Assembly: GCF_963921235.1 (NCBI RefSeq)
Contig: NC_086097.1
Span: 168,208,001 to 168,272,000 of the forward strand
Direction of reading: 5' to 3'
DNA: 64,000 nt
From: Mobula hypostoma
Lineage: Eukaryota
The notes beneath the pieces were generated by a model. It was given only the letters and a program-made list of their open reading frames with translations, ran no database searches and was not told where the DNA came from. Within the stretch, counting starts at the first letter, position 1, and every line of letters starts with the position of its first letter. This document shows, in pieces, positions 63,513 through 64,000 of the stretch. A program made the translations under genes and the position numbers.

Positions 63513-64000
63513 CAAAAGTTTAGAGGCCACTTGCTAAAGTGCTCTAGTCTCACTGATGGCAGATTGCTGCTTTGTAGACTACAGATTTCTGTTGCGCTGT
63601 CTGAGGTGTCTTTCAGATGTGATATTAAGATGATACCCAAGCACTCTAGGACATTCTGAAAGGTCCTGTAAAAAAAGAGAATCTTTCTCAAAGCTCGTTT
63701 CATAAGGTGGTATCCAAAACATCACAGAACCCTCATCAGTCTGTAACATTTACTTTCTATAAAAAACTAGAGGGTGTTAGGGTGAGGGATAAGAGTTTTA
63801 GAGGGGATCTAAGGAAGAATTTCTTCACCCAAAGGGTGGTTGGTACCTGAAACACACTGTCTATTTGGATGATGGAGGTAGATAATACCAACCTTTGAGA
63901 AGTATCTAGATGAGCCCTTTAAATGCTTAGAAGTTGACGGATCTAGTGCTGGCACATAGGATTACTGAAGATGGGTAGTTAATGCACATAGTGAGCCAAA

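Overview
Repeat-rich vertebrate genomic DNA. The mix of CR1, Penelope-like, Rex/Babar, L1 and V-type SINE repeats suggests a cartilaginous fish, probably a ray or shark (inference). Two host genes are visible, both on the + strand. (1) An intronless, intact but strongly diverged CCT6 (TRiC zeta chaperonin)-like ORF at 20416-22125. It has an N-terminal extension and lacks both catalytic aspartates. (2) A complete 4-exon beta-tubulin gene most similar to class V/TUBB6 at 56027-61845 (450 aa). Most of the rest is retroelement sequence: a decayed I/Nimb-type LINE; a three-level nest (Rex/Babar > 5'-inverted L1 > young CR1); an R4/Dong-like restriction-endonuclease LINE remnant; solo LTRs; tRNA-derived SINEs; and at least 10 Penelope-like ends. 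The Penelope ends each carry a minimal type I hammerhead-ribozyme motif, and one forms a TSD-flanked hairpin. Family assignments come from motif recognition by eye; no database search was run.
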